DNA from: Lentisphaerae bacterium GWF2_44_16 | Lineage (GTDB): Bacteria > Verrucomicrobiota > Lentisphaeria > Victivallales > GWF2-45-14 | Reading direction: 5' to 3' | Length of the DNA: 64,000 bases | NCBI GenBank assembly: GCA_001803225.1 | Contig: MHBF01000019.1 | Location: 25,622 to 89,621 of the forward strand | In this document: one piece after another, positions 17,629-26,593 of the stretch | Layout: every line of letters begins with the position of its first letter | Numbering within the stretch: position 1 is the first letter of the stretch | Position numbers and translations under genes: made by a program | The notes under the pieces: generated by a model | What the model saw: the letters and a program-made list of their open reading frames with translations, nothing else | What the model was told of the DNA's origin: nothing | The model's database searches: none

Positions 17629-18138
17629 TCAAACGGGTTTAGGGAGAAGTTCTTTAAGTTCGGGACGTATAAGCACCTGTCCATGACACATCGCCAGCGC
17701 CAAGGCATCCGTGGCATCCAGAGGTATGTCTTTTATGTTTATCCCCAGCATCGAAGAAATAAGAGCGGCAACCTGTTCTTTTGAGGCCGAGCCGTTTCCG
17801 GTAGCGGCCCTCTTGGCGGTTTTAGGGGAATATACGTAAACAGGCACGGAGGCTTCAGCGGCTATGGTAATCACCGCGCCTCGCGCAAGGCTCAAGATCA
17901 TGGCGGTTTTTATATTTCTGCTGCAGAAAGCGTCTTCCAGTGATAGGGCCTCCGGCTTGAATTGCGAAATCAACTGCCTCACGCCTCCGGCAAGACGCCT
18001 GAGACATTCACTGTGAGGAAGTTTGGCGGAATTGGAGATAACGCCGCAGTCCAGAATGCGAATATCATTCAGGGATCGGAAATCCACAGCCCCGTAACCG
18101 GTACAGCGGATAGCGGTATCTATTCCAAGCACAATCAT
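17629..18138 (-). CDS. ruvC: Crossover junction endodeoxyribonuclease RuvC
   Basis: Start moved to MIVLGIDTAIRCTGYGAV. LSLEDAF, ARGAVITIAA and DATDALALAMCHG are also present. It lies directly downstream of yebC, a widely conserved arrangement. Confidence 0.85.
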   Translation of the reverse strand: MIVLGIDTAIRCTGYGAVDFRSLNDIRILDCGVISNSAKLPHSECLRRLAGGVRQLISQFKPEALSLEDAFCSRNIKTAMILSLARGAVITIAAEASVPVYVYSPKTAKRAATGNGSASKEQVAALISSMLGINIKDIPLDATDALALAMCHGQVLIRPELKELLPKPV

Positions 18139-18216
18139 CGGTAAAAGGTTCCGGTTAAAAACAAGATAAGCTTTGTTTTTCCATCTGGAAACAAAGGGTG
18201 TTTCCATCAGGTTTTA

Positions 18217-18972
18217 TTATTTCTGTTCCAAGCTGTCGAGAATTTCCGAAGCTATGTCAAAATTTGAATAGACAGCCTGCACGTCATCGTATTCTTCAAG
18301 AGTATCAACAAGCCTGAGTATCTGATTTGCCACGCCCGGTTCTTTTATGCCCACGGTATTGCTCGGTTTCTGAACTATGCCGGACTCTTCGGTTTTTATT
18401 CCGGCTTCTTCAAGCGCCTTGGCAATGCTGTCGAATTTTTCAGCCGGGCCCCAGACTTCGGCGACATCTTCATCGACTTCTATACTTTCGGCGCCCGGGT
18501 CGATTACTATTTCCATGAGCTTTTCTTCATTGGCGTTTTCGCCCATTATGACAAAACGGGCTTTGCGGCTGAACATCCACATGACGGCGCCGCTGCCGGA
18601 AAGATTTCCGTTATTTTTATCAAAAATAGAACGCACGTCGCTGGCAGTCCTGTTGCGGTTATCCGTAAGGCATTCGACGATAAGCGCCGCGCCGCCGGGG
18701 GCATAGCCTTCGTAAACAATCTCCTCAAAAGTGGCGCCGCCGAGTTCGCCCGCGCCTTTTTTTATGGCCCTATCTACATTTGCGTTAGGCATATTGACAG
18801 ACTTCGCCGCATTCAGAGCGGTACGCAAACGGGGATTCGCCGTCGCATCACTGCCGCCGGTTTTAACGGCAATCATTATTTCCTTGCCGAGGCGGGAAAA
18901 AACCCTGCCTTTTCTCTTATCGGAAGCCGCCTTCTTATGCTTGATATTAGCCCATTTGCTGTGTCCAGACAT
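18217..18972 (-). CDS. yebC: YebC/PmpR-family DNA-binding transcriptional regulator
   Basis: 251 aa. MSGHSKWANIKHKKAASDKRKG is the family signature N-terminus. Confidence 0.9.
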   Translation of the reverse strand: MSGHSKWANIKHKKAASDKRKGRVFSRLGKEIMIAVKTGGSDATANPRLRTALNAAKSVNMPNANVDRAIKKGAGELGGATFEEIVYEGYAPGGAALIVECLTDNRNRTASDVRSIFDKNNGNLSGSGAVMWMFSRKARFVIMGENANEEKLMEIVIDPGAESIEVDEDVAEVWGPAEKFDSIAKALEEAGIKTEESGIVQKPSNTVGIKEPGVANQILRLVDTLEEYDDVQAVYSNFDIASEILDSLEQK

Positions 18973-19171
18973 ACGCGAACCTTTCTGAATTTTTCTGAAT
19001 TTCTTAATTGTTCAGGCACAAAAAATAACATGGTAACTCATAAATGCAAAGCAATATCACAAGGCAGGCGTTTTTTTTCTTAAAAGAGAAGCGTAAACCT
19101 GCCATGTCAACAACAACGCAGTCTTCTGAAAATTAAAAGAATCAGTAGTAAAATTTTTACCGGCCCTAAAC

Positions 19172-20482
19172 CTATCTCTGGGAACGCAGCCAGTTATCAA
19201 CGATGGAACGGAAACGGTTTCCGCGCTCCATGTAGTTTTTAAACATGTCCATGCTGGCGCAGGCAGGGGCAAGAAGCACGACATCGCCGCTTTTCGCCTC
19301 TTCGCAGGCGGCTGTAACGGCCTCATCAAAACCGTTGAAAAGCTGACAGTTGACTATATCTGAAAGAGCGGCGCTGATTTTATTTTTGCATTCGCCCATT
19401 ATGAAAGCTGTTTTAATTCTGGAGGCCTCCGCGCGGATAAGGGAAAAATCCATATCTTTGTCAAGCCCGCCCAGGATAAGACAGACATTTGAAGTACCGC
19501 CAACAGTACGCAGAGCAACAACAACTGCATCAGGATTCGTAGCTTTAGAATCATTGATATACCTGACGTCATCGCTTTCGGCTATTGTCTCAATCCGGTG
19601 AGGGCCTGTGCCAAAACTGGATATCGCGTCTTTCACTCTGTCGTTAAAAAGCGCGTCGGCGGGGAAGAAAGAGCAGAGCAGAGCAAGTGAAGCCATTATA
19701 TTTTCAGCGTTATGCACACCCTGCAAAGAAGTATCGGCCATGTTTATAAGCGGCCTGACACCTTTTATGCCGCTGAAATAAATGATGCCTTTTTTGTAGA
19801 AAAAATCCGCGTTTTCAGACATTGAGGAAAAGGTATGCGGAGAAAGATATTCAGGAACATGCTTATTCCAGTACTGCGTCAATATCTCGTTTATGACCAG
19901 ATTATTTTCTTCCGTCATATTTTTAAATATGCGGAACTTTACTGCCGCGTATTCCTCGAAACTTTCGTATCTGTCGAGATGGTCAGGTGTAATATTGAGA
20001 ATGGCGGCGGCTTTCGGGCAAAATTTATCACAGCGCTCAAGCTGAAAGGAACTCACCTCAACAACAAGGCATTCGTGAAAAGAGGAGCTTTTAACGCTTT
20101 CGCAAAGCGGTATTCCTATATTTCCGGAGACATCGGCCTTGATGCCCACTTCGCGGAGCAGATGGGCCATAAGCTCGGTAGTAGTGGTTTTCCCGTTAGT
20201 CCCTGTTATCGCTATTATCGGGCATTTGCAGTGGCGGAAGCCAAATTCCAGTTCACTTATAATTGGAATTTTCGTATCAATTGCCTTCTTCATCAAGTCC
20301 GACTTCAACGGTATGCCGGGGCTTGTTACTATGAGAGTGGATTCTGCCATTTCATGGTTGTGCGGAAGACAGTCCTGGGGAAGTTTTTCATCAAAAACCG
20401 AAACCGAATAATCCATGGACGCGGCAAGGTCCGCCGCCGCCCTGCCGCTTTTGCCATATCCGAGTATAGAAATTTTATCCAT
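19172..20482 (-). CDS. murD: UDP-N-acetylmuramoyl-L-alanine--D-glutamate ligase
   Basis: 436 aa. ILGYGKSGRAAA, ITGTNGKTTTTELMAHLL and NDSKATNPDA are present, with Mur ligase domain order. Confidence 0.85.
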   Translation of the reverse strand: MDKISILGYGKSGRAAADLAASMDYSVSVFDEKLPQDCLPHNHEMAESTLIVTSPGIPLKSDLMKKAIDTKIPIISELEFGFRHCKCPIIAITGTNGKTTTTELMAHLLREVGIKADVSGNIGIPLCESVKSSSFHECLVVEVSSFQLERCDKFCPKAAAILNITPDHLDRYESFEEYAAVKFRIFKNMTEENNLVINEILTQYWNKHVPEYLSPHTFSSMSENADFFYKKGIIYFSGIKGVRPLINMADTSLQGVHNAENIMASLALLCSFFPADALFNDRVKDAISSFGTGPHRIETIAESDDVRYINDSKATNPDAVVVALRTVGGTSNVCLILGGLDKDMDFSLIRAEASRIKTAFIMGECKNKISAALSDIVNCQLFNGFDEAVTAACEEAKSGDVVLLAPACASMDMFKNYMERGNRFRSIVDNWLRSQR

Positions 20483-20582
20483 AATACCGTTTAATATATA
20501 CCGTATTCCGATTTTTTACAGGGGAAATAAATTTATACGGCATTCAGGAAAAGCCTTCGGCTTCTGAGTAATAAAATCGTGA

Positions 20583-21083
20583 TTATCTGCCCTGTCTCTT
20601 TTTATTTTCGTCTGAAAGCATAGTAGGTTTTTTTATTGTAACAAGGAAGGTTTTAAGAAGATTTTCGTATCCGGCTTTGGCCCTGTTATAACGCTCAGTA
20701 AGGTTTCTTTCTGAACTTACCTCCATTTCATTCTTCCATTTTGAAATAGAACTCATAATCTGGCTGACTTTGCTGAACCATCTTCTGTCTATTCTTGAAG
20801 CTTCTTCAATATAAGGATGCTCGGACCAGATAAGATACATCTGCGCGTTAGCAGCCCATTCTATGCCTTTGAATTTCTTGTATTTCTGGATTGCCTCCTC
20901 ATTTCTCTGCTTAACCGTATCGGAAAGACTGCGCATGTCAAATTCTTCTCTGGAGGGATATTTTATCTTTTGGACTTGCAGTTTATTTGTAGATTTATCT
21001 GTAGTTTTATTTGCCGTATTCTGAGCGGAAATCAAAAAGGGCAAAGAAAAAAGACTCATCAGAAAGAAAAACTTCATCATATT
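20583..21083 (-). CDS. Hypothetical secreted protein
   Basis: Start moved to MNMMKFFFLMSLFSLPFLISAQN (signal-like), which removes the overlap with 21100-23862. No recognisable domain. It is the last gene co-directional with the pseudopilin operon. Confidence 0.4.
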   Translation of the reverse strand, partial: NMMKFFFLMSLFSLPFLISAQNTANKTTDKSTNKLQVQKIKYPSREEFDMRSLSDTVKQRNEEAIQKYKKFKGIEWAANAQMYLIWSEHPYIEEASRIDRRWFSKVSQIMSSISKWKNEMEVSSERNLTERYNRAKAGYENLLKTFLVTIKKPTMLSDENKKRQGR

Positions 21084-21099
21084 CATACCGGTTAAATCC

Positions 21100-23862
21100 T
21101 TATTGTTCTGAAGGAAGGTATTCAAACCTTACTATTTTAAATTTGCCAGTCGCGGGATCACGAACAACCCTTGCCATGATTTTCTGTTCAGCCAGAATTT
21201 CATCAGCATACAGTTCATAAGTGCCAGAGACAAGAGCTGTAGCCGAGGTATCAAGATAGAGGCCGGTATCGGCGGCATCTCCATCACCATTTAAATCTCT
21301 TCCGGCAACAACTTCACTTGCCCTGTGACTGGCGTCACTGTTGTCATCGGCAAGCCCGTCCCCATCCAAGTCTTTTTTTACCATTACTCCGCCGAGATCC
21401 TTTATAGACTGAGCTATGGCTATGATGGTGAATTCAGTAACGGTTTCAGCCTTGGTAAGGTTTATGAATTTGCCGATAATGGCCTCTTGTTGCGCGTCAT
21501 TGCCTTGAGTGGCTACGGTTCCACCTGTAAATGTGGGAATGCTCGCGACTTGAGCGCGGTTCTTATATTTTGTCGCGTCTGCCGCTGTGGTAAGGGCAGT
21601 AACGAGAGTATTAGCTTTAGCCTCATTAATTTGTGTGGAAGCGGGCTGCGCCCCAGGGTCAGAGTAATAATCGCTGGCATAGTGGGTTCCCACATTATCG
21701 ACATATATATTCATAAAAAGCGCTCTCAGAACATCTTTTTCCTCTTGTATATTTTGATTCCCATTCAAATTAATTTTGCCATAAGTGTAATTATCGGAAG
21801 TCATTTTAACCATATCAAGAATATTGGCATCACCATTGCTGTAGGTACTGGGTGTACCGGTGCTGTAATATTTCTTGAGATTAATAGTTTCCCACGCCGC
21901 GCCCCTGTGAATTGCGCCAAGTTCCCAAGGGGACTGCATCGGGCCATTCCTGATAAATGCAGTGGAAACATTATACGGTTGGGCGGCTGTTTCAAGATCT
22001 TTATTACCACCGGGGTTTGGATTGCAAACGGTATTTACAGCAACGGGGGTTATTGTCCCATTAACGGCATTACTTGAAGCGATGGTCCAGTCGGTTTCAA
22101 ATGTATTCTGCCTAGGGTCATTGACGGAATAATCAATATAGCGGGAACCCGTTGTAGTATTGGTACTCACTGCGGGAGCAACTACGCGGTCGGCGGCGGC
22201 CAGTTCAGCATTTGAACCTGTCTCGATATTTGAAAAATCATAAAATATGGCGTTGTTTGCAGTATTGACGAGTTTCACGTACAGTTTGTCTATCCATACG
22301 TCAGTGACACCGCATGTGACAGCAGTGGCTGTAGCAACGGTATAGGTGTTTAAGACCGGACTTATTGTAATGGTGGCAGCAGTTCCTTTTTGATATTCCT
22401 TGTCTCCTATTGTAATATCCAGTGTAGCAGCCTGGTCTGTAAAAGCTACAGTAGCTTCAGCACCGGCTGGCCCGGGATTCCATTTATACCCCCCGGAAAC
22501 CGTAATAACCGCCCTGGCTGAAACAGGATTATCCCCGGAAACGCCGTCATTGTCAGTATCGTACATATTAACGAGTTCTAAATCAATAGCCTTGATCGTT
22601 ACGGTACAGGTATATGTATCATTGGGCGCCCCGACAGTACGCTGAACAAGCCCCTCAAACTGGAGATTTATTTCATTTATGTACGGGCATTGTTCCAAGC
22701 CGACATAGGTAGTACTGGCAGGAGCGGCATCTGCATAATCAGTAGTCGCGGAACAATCGGAATCACAATAATCAATAATATTGGCGGCAATCTGGTTTTT
22801 GCAGGCGGCGGCACTGCCCATGCCTCCTGCGTCCGTCCAATTTTTCAGCCATTCAATGCCGCTGGTTGCGTCAAAGGCAGCAGAGAAAAGATTAGGAGTA
22901 GTGCCGCTGGCACCGATAAGGATGTTAATGCCTGTAGCTCCCTGCATCGTAGTATCCCAGTCAGTTCTCGCCAGATTAAAGCGGTGGTGCAATTCTGTGG
23001 CTTTTTTAATACTATCGGCATCAAGATCTTTCCAGTAGGCTTCCGGATCAGGGGGATTGTTCACAGTAAACCACTTCCGAAACTCCTGCATCTGAACATC
23101 TGTAGTAATGCCCAGTTTAGAAAAAAGCCTATCCATATCCGGCCATCTGCTACCGGCAGTGAGCAATCCCGGAGTAGCCGCATTAGTAGCACTCAGATTA
23201 CTGACATTGGCTACGGAAAGATTGGTTGCGGAAGGGGAAAGGTTCTGTATGTTTATTTCACGTACTTCACGGCCGGGGCGTTTTTCGTTCGCGCCGTTTT
23301 CATTAACAACTGAGCCGGCATAACCAACATAATATCCCGAATCAACTGTAACGGACGGATCAAGCTTTACTGAATTGCTCCAAGCGTAATAGGCGATCCT
23401 TCCTATTATTTTATCCGTAGCCGCTGCGGATAAACCTTCTTTGACGTAAAACCAGTGGAGGCTGTTATTGGCGTTTGTAATACCGTTCACGATGGTTTTT
23501 TTATTAGTGGTGTCAAAGCCAAGCATAGTCTCACCGTTTCTAGTGGTGGCTATATGGTTGATGAAATCAGTTGTGGGACTGGCCCCAACATAACTATACA
23601 CATCGTAATAAGCAGTAAAAGCACTTGTGGTTTTATAAACATTGTCGATAATTCCTATGGCCCTGTTCACAGCGGACTGGGCAAGAAAACGAGCGGCAGC
23701 GCGATTGTCCGTATTTACCGCGACTTTCCGTTCAATAATTGAATTTGAGGCAAAGGAAAGAGCCAGCACGAGAAGAAGCGAAAGCATTCCAAGCGAAAAA
23801 AGCAGAGCTATACCCCTGTTGTCTTTTTTCATTTTTTCGAGATATTTCTTTAATTTTTCCAT
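21100..23862 (-). CDS. Giant GspK/PilX-like minor pseudopilin with C-terminal EF-hand-like Ca-binding motifs
   Basis: 920 aa. The N-terminus NRGIALLFSLGMLSLLLVLALSFASNSIIERKVAVNTDNRAAARFLAQSAVNRAIG matches the GspK/PilX anchor: no Glu at +5 and a helix with a conserved Ala/Gln pattern. It sits after the H/I/J-like genes. The C-terminus has DLDGDGLADD and DLNGDGDAAD (21265-21372). Confidence 0.55.
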   Translation of the reverse strand: MEKLKKYLEKMKKDNRGIALLFSLGMLSLLLVLALSFASNSIIERKVAVNTDNRAAARFLAQSAVNRAIGIIDNVYKTTSAFTAYYDVYSYVGASPTTDFINHIATTRNGETMLGFDTTNKKTIVNGITNANNSLHWFYVKEGLSAAATDKIIGRIAYYAWSNSVKLDPSVTVDSGYYVGYAGSVVNENGANEKRPGREVREINIQNLSPSATNLSVANVSNLSATNAATPGLLTAGSRWPDMDRLFSKLGITTDVQMQEFRKWFTVNNPPDPEAYWKDLDADSIKKATELHHRFNLARTDWDTTMQGATGINILIGASGTTPNLFSAAFDATSGIEWLKNWTDAGGMGSAAACKNQIAANIIDYCDSDCSATTDYADAAPASTTYVGLEQCPYINEINLQFEGLVQRTVGAPNDTYTCTVTIKAIDLELVNMYDTDNDGVSGDNPVSARAVITVSGGYKWNPGPAGAEATVAFTDQAATLDITIGDKEYQKGTAATITISPVLNTYTVATATAVTCGVTDVWIDKLYVKLVNTANNAIFYDFSNIETGSNAELAAADRVVAPAVSTNTTTGSRYIDYSVNDPRQNTFETDWTIASSNAVNGTITPVAVNTVCNPNPGGNKDLETAAQPYNVSTAFIRNGPMQSPWELGAIHRGAAWETINLKKYYSTGTPSTYSNGDANILDMVKMTSDNYTYGKINLNGNQNIQEEKDVLRALFMNIYVDNVGTHYASDYYSDPGAQPASTQINEAKANTLVTALTTAADATKYKNRAQVASIPTFTGGTVATQGNDAQQEAIIGKFINLTKAETVTEFTIIAIAQSIKDLGGVMVKKDLDGDGLADDNSDASHRASEVVAGRDLNGDGDAADTGLYLDTSATALVSGTYELYADEILAEQKIMARVVRDPATGKFKIVRFEYLPSEQ

Positions 23863-23935
23863 AGTTTGTCTCTTTTATATTACTTTTATTTGCCCACCTT
23901 GGAGGGGCTATTAAGCGCAATCCTCCATGAAATCT

Positions 23936-24703
23936 TCAGTTTGCCGTCTGGCCTTTTTCTCCCAATATCACCATCCGCGAAAAAGTCCTCTCATTATTCT
24001 GCCTGAAAGTTTTAGTGGTACTCGAATCGCTTGAGGAATCGCCGCCGCCACTGGGCATAGCAACCCATTTAATGTAACTTTCCCTGTCCAGAAGAGTAAG
24101 ATCTATCTTAACGCTGTAAGGAAAAAATCCGGGAGTCGCGCTAAGAGAATTCATATTCTTGTCATAACATGAAAACTTCAATCCCGTAACATAGGGAATA
24201 ACCTGCTGCGCCGTATCAGCAGTGCTGAAAACCGCAGCCGCGACTCCAATACTGCCGGAATTCCGGTAGAAATCCCAATTTGCCGTATTGTCCAAATTGG
24301 CGTCAGTTTTCTCGCCGGTACAGGTAACCATAAGATAATTCAGGTTTGCAGCTGTTCCAACATAGTACTGCATTTCACAAAGCCTGGAAATACAATTTGT
24401 ATTAGGAACTCTTCCGGAGGCCGTAACAAAAGCTATTTTATCATAGGAAGTACTCGGATCATTCGCAGTATAAAGGAAAGGCACCCTGTCCCACTCATAA
24501 AAAGCGCACTGTAAATCACGGGACATCAAATCCATCGCTACCCTGGCGTTTTCATACATAATATTTTTCTGCCCCGTGCCTGTCCATATTTTCTGGGCCG
24601 CGCCAAAAAACTGCATGAGGGCCAGCATCAATACAGTAAAAACGGCCATTGAAACAAGCACTTCAAGGAGGGTAAATGCTCTGATTTTCCTATTTTTTTT
24701 CAA
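23936..24703 (-). CDS. GspJ/PilW-like minor pseudopilin
   Basis: 255 aa with a TTG start (24701-24703). KKNRKIRAFTLLEVLVSMAVFTVLMLALMQFFGAAQKIW...ARVAMDLMSRDLQCA. Confidence 0.6.
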   Translation of the reverse strand: MKKNRKIRAFTLLEVLVSMAVFTVLMLALMQFFGAAQKIWTGTGQKNIMYENARVAMDLMSRDLQCAFYEWDRVPFLYTANDPSTSYDKIAFVTASGRVPNTNCISRLCEMQYYVGTAANLNYLMVTCTGEKTDANLDNTANWDFYRNSGSIGVAAAVFSTADTAQQVIPYVTGLKFSCYDKNMNSLSATPGFFPYSVKIDLTLLDRESYIKWVAMPSGGGDSSSDSSTTKTFRQNNERTFSRMVILGEKGQTAN

Positions 24704-24733
24704 GAGAAACGTCTCCGCTTTTTTAAAAACTGA

Positions 24734-25282
24734 TTAAGGACTCGGATTAAATATTTCAAGAGAATAATAGCGTTTTTCCCTTTGCGCATAAGGCTTTTCT
24801 ATCGGCCAACTGACTTCGACATGAAGTTGCGCCCCGTACTGATAAGTCAAATTATAGGAAGTCCCATACACATAAATTCCCGTAACCTGTGTTTTCCATA
24901 CCTTTACGGCTGCCATGAAATCAGTGGCACTGGCTGAACCCTGAGTAATTTTGTACAATCCACTTGTGGGACAGGTATAAATACTTGAAATGGCTGTTGC
25001 CGACCATGAAGTGGCTCCATCATCATTTGTCGGAACGGTCTCTGTAATTATTCCTCCTCCTGCCGTGGTTGATATGTTGGTGTTCCAATCATTGTTGCAC
25101 TGCATGGAAACATAATTCAGAAACTGATTTGCGATATCAGGGGCATAATTGTTTCCCACCGCATCACGCGAAGCATTCAGGGCCACAGGAAAAAGCGACA
25201 TAACTCCGGCAACGCCTATACCTATCACCGCAATAGCCAGGGTGATTTCAACCATGTTGAAAGCTTTTTTAATTTTGTTCAT
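24734..25282 (-). CDS. GspI/PilV-like minor pseudopilin
   Basis: 182 aa. MNKIKKAFNMVEITLAIAVIGIGVAGVMSLFPVAL. The size and the position between the H-like and J-like genes fit. Confidence 0.5.
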   Translation of the reverse strand: MNKIKKAFNMVEITLAIAVIGIGVAGVMSLFPVALNASRDAVGNNYAPDIANQFLNYVSMQCNNDWNTNISTTAGGGIITETVPTNDDGATSWSATAISSIYTCPTSGLYKITQGSASATDFMAAVKVWKTQVTGIYVYGTSYNLTYQYGAQLHVEVSWPIEKPYAQREKRYYSLEIFNPSP

Positions 25283-25892
25283 AGGAATATGCTGGCCTCC
25301 CGGTAAAGAGGTTCATGGTTATGGAAGCGATGTTGGAAGTATTCATCTGAGTTACGGTCGTACCGTCAATTTTAGCTTCCTGAAAAGAAAGCACAGGAAC
25401 CGTTGTGTTCTGAAGGGAACCGTAAGGACTGAAAATCAGTGAATTGGCTACAGTAGCGGTACCCGAAGCTATATCATCTATTTTAACACTGGAAACCGAT
25501 ATGGGATTTGTAACACTGTTTATAGCTACGCCAGTCGGCAACTGCTGCCAGTCTTCCCCTTCCGCCCAACTGCTGAAACTATATGTGCCAGCAACAGCCT
25601 TGGTAACATAACCTATTCTGTACTGGAAATAAGGAAATCCACTTGGAAATCCAGCATCCGTCTGAGGAAAAAACACAGCCACATATCTATTGCTGCTGAT
25701 TGCATAAGCCCTGGCCACGCCCAACTTGCCGCCCACCTGTCTTATGGCGGCATCAAGTCCCTGCCCCTTCACCATCTTTTCAAATGCCGGAAGCCCTATG
25801 CCCAATATTGTCGCTACTATTGCCATCACAACGAGCATTTCCACAAGGGTATAAGGAGCTCTCAAAAATCTGAATATTTTATTCCTTTTCAA
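25269..25892 (-). CDS. GspH/FimT-like minor pseudopilin
   Basis: I prefer the TTG start at 25890-25892 (AAGGAG 9 nt upstream). It gives (M)KRNKIFRFLRAPYTLVEMLVVMAIVATILGIGLPAF, colinear with the leader of 25934-26569. The track start at 25943 would add 17 codons that cross a repeat motif. LDAAIRQVGGKLGVARAYAISSNRYVAVFF is GspH-like. Confidence 0.55.
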   Translation of the reverse strand: MKRNKIFRFLRAPYTLVEMLVVMAIVATILGIGLPAFEKMVKGQGLDAAIRQVGGKLGVARAYAISSNRYVAVFFPQTDAGFPSGFPYFQYRIGYVTKAVAGTYSFSSWAEGEDWQQLPTGVAINSVTNPISVSSVKIDDIASGTATVANSLIFSPYGSLQNTTVPVLSFQEAKIDGTTVTQMNTSNIASITMNLFTGRPAYSYEQN

Positions 25893-25933
25893 TTTCCCTG
25901 ACTCCTTCCATTTTGCATTCCGCATTCTGAAAA

Positions 25934-26569
25934 TTATCTCCATGAACAGACATCGTCATATCCTTTACCCTCACCAAACATAGAATTTCTTCCGCCATCG
26001 TCAATTTTATTTGGCCCCAGTGAATAAATCAAAACAGTATTGCTGTAAGGCGCAGAGGGCGTAACGCACGCCGGAACCGCCCCCGCAGCATCAGCGGATG
26101 TTATAGCTCCATCATAGTTAGTATCCAAATATATCCTGAAAAGATTACCCCAGGGGTCCTGAAAATCGCCTTTTTGCGCATTTGTCATAGTTCCTGATAC
26201 ATCTGTAGTATAATTGCCATAATTACTCGGCACTTCAAGAAACCTATTTTTCTTGCCGTTTACATCTCCTACAGTCGTATTTGGCCCCTGAACACATGTC
26301 AAATAGGCAAAAAACTGTCTGTAATTAGAAGCATTTGAAACCATATTACCAAAACTGGGAAGATATCCGTAAATGGCTTCGTACTGTTTTATAGCAACAT
26401 TGATAGAATTCATTTGAGACTTAGTTTTTGTAATCTTGGCTGTTGTCGGATATTTTAAAACTACTGGTATAAGAATTCCCATGAGAATAGCAATAATCGC
26501 TACGACAACGAGAATTTCCACAAGCGTAAAAGGAGCTCTCAAAAATCTGAATATTTTATTTCTCTTCAT
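25934..26569 (-). CDS. GspG-like pseudopilin (paralogue 3)
   Basis: Start moved to the ATG at 26567-26569 (AGGAG upstream): MKRNKIFRFLRAPFTLVEILVVVAIIAILMGILIP. The C-terminus DPWGNLFRIYLDTNYDG...IYSLGPNKIDDGG...DDVCSWR resembles the GspG DPWGNPY...SLGxDG region. The track extension (MRFVAT...) is repeat DNA. Confidence 0.65.
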   Translation of the reverse strand: MKRNKIFRFLRAPFTLVEILVVVAIIAILMGILIPVVLKYPTTAKITKTKSQMNSINVAIKQYEAIYGYLPSFGNMVSNASNYRQFFAYLTCVQGPNTTVGDVNGKKNRFLEVPSNYGNYTTDVSGTMTNAQKGDFQDPWGNLFRIYLDTNYDGAITSADAAGAVPACVTPSAPYSNTVLIYSLGPNKIDDGGRNSMFGEGKGYDDVCSWR

Positions 26570-26593
26570 TTTGCTCCTGTATTTATTCTCTTT

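Noticed and set aside
19172-20482. murD lying apart from other dcw-cluster genes considered as an anomaly or a horizontally acquired copy.
   Set aside because: The gene is intact with all Mur ligase motifs. Dispersed cell-wall genes are common in PVC-type genomes, and there is nothing in the sequence to pursue.
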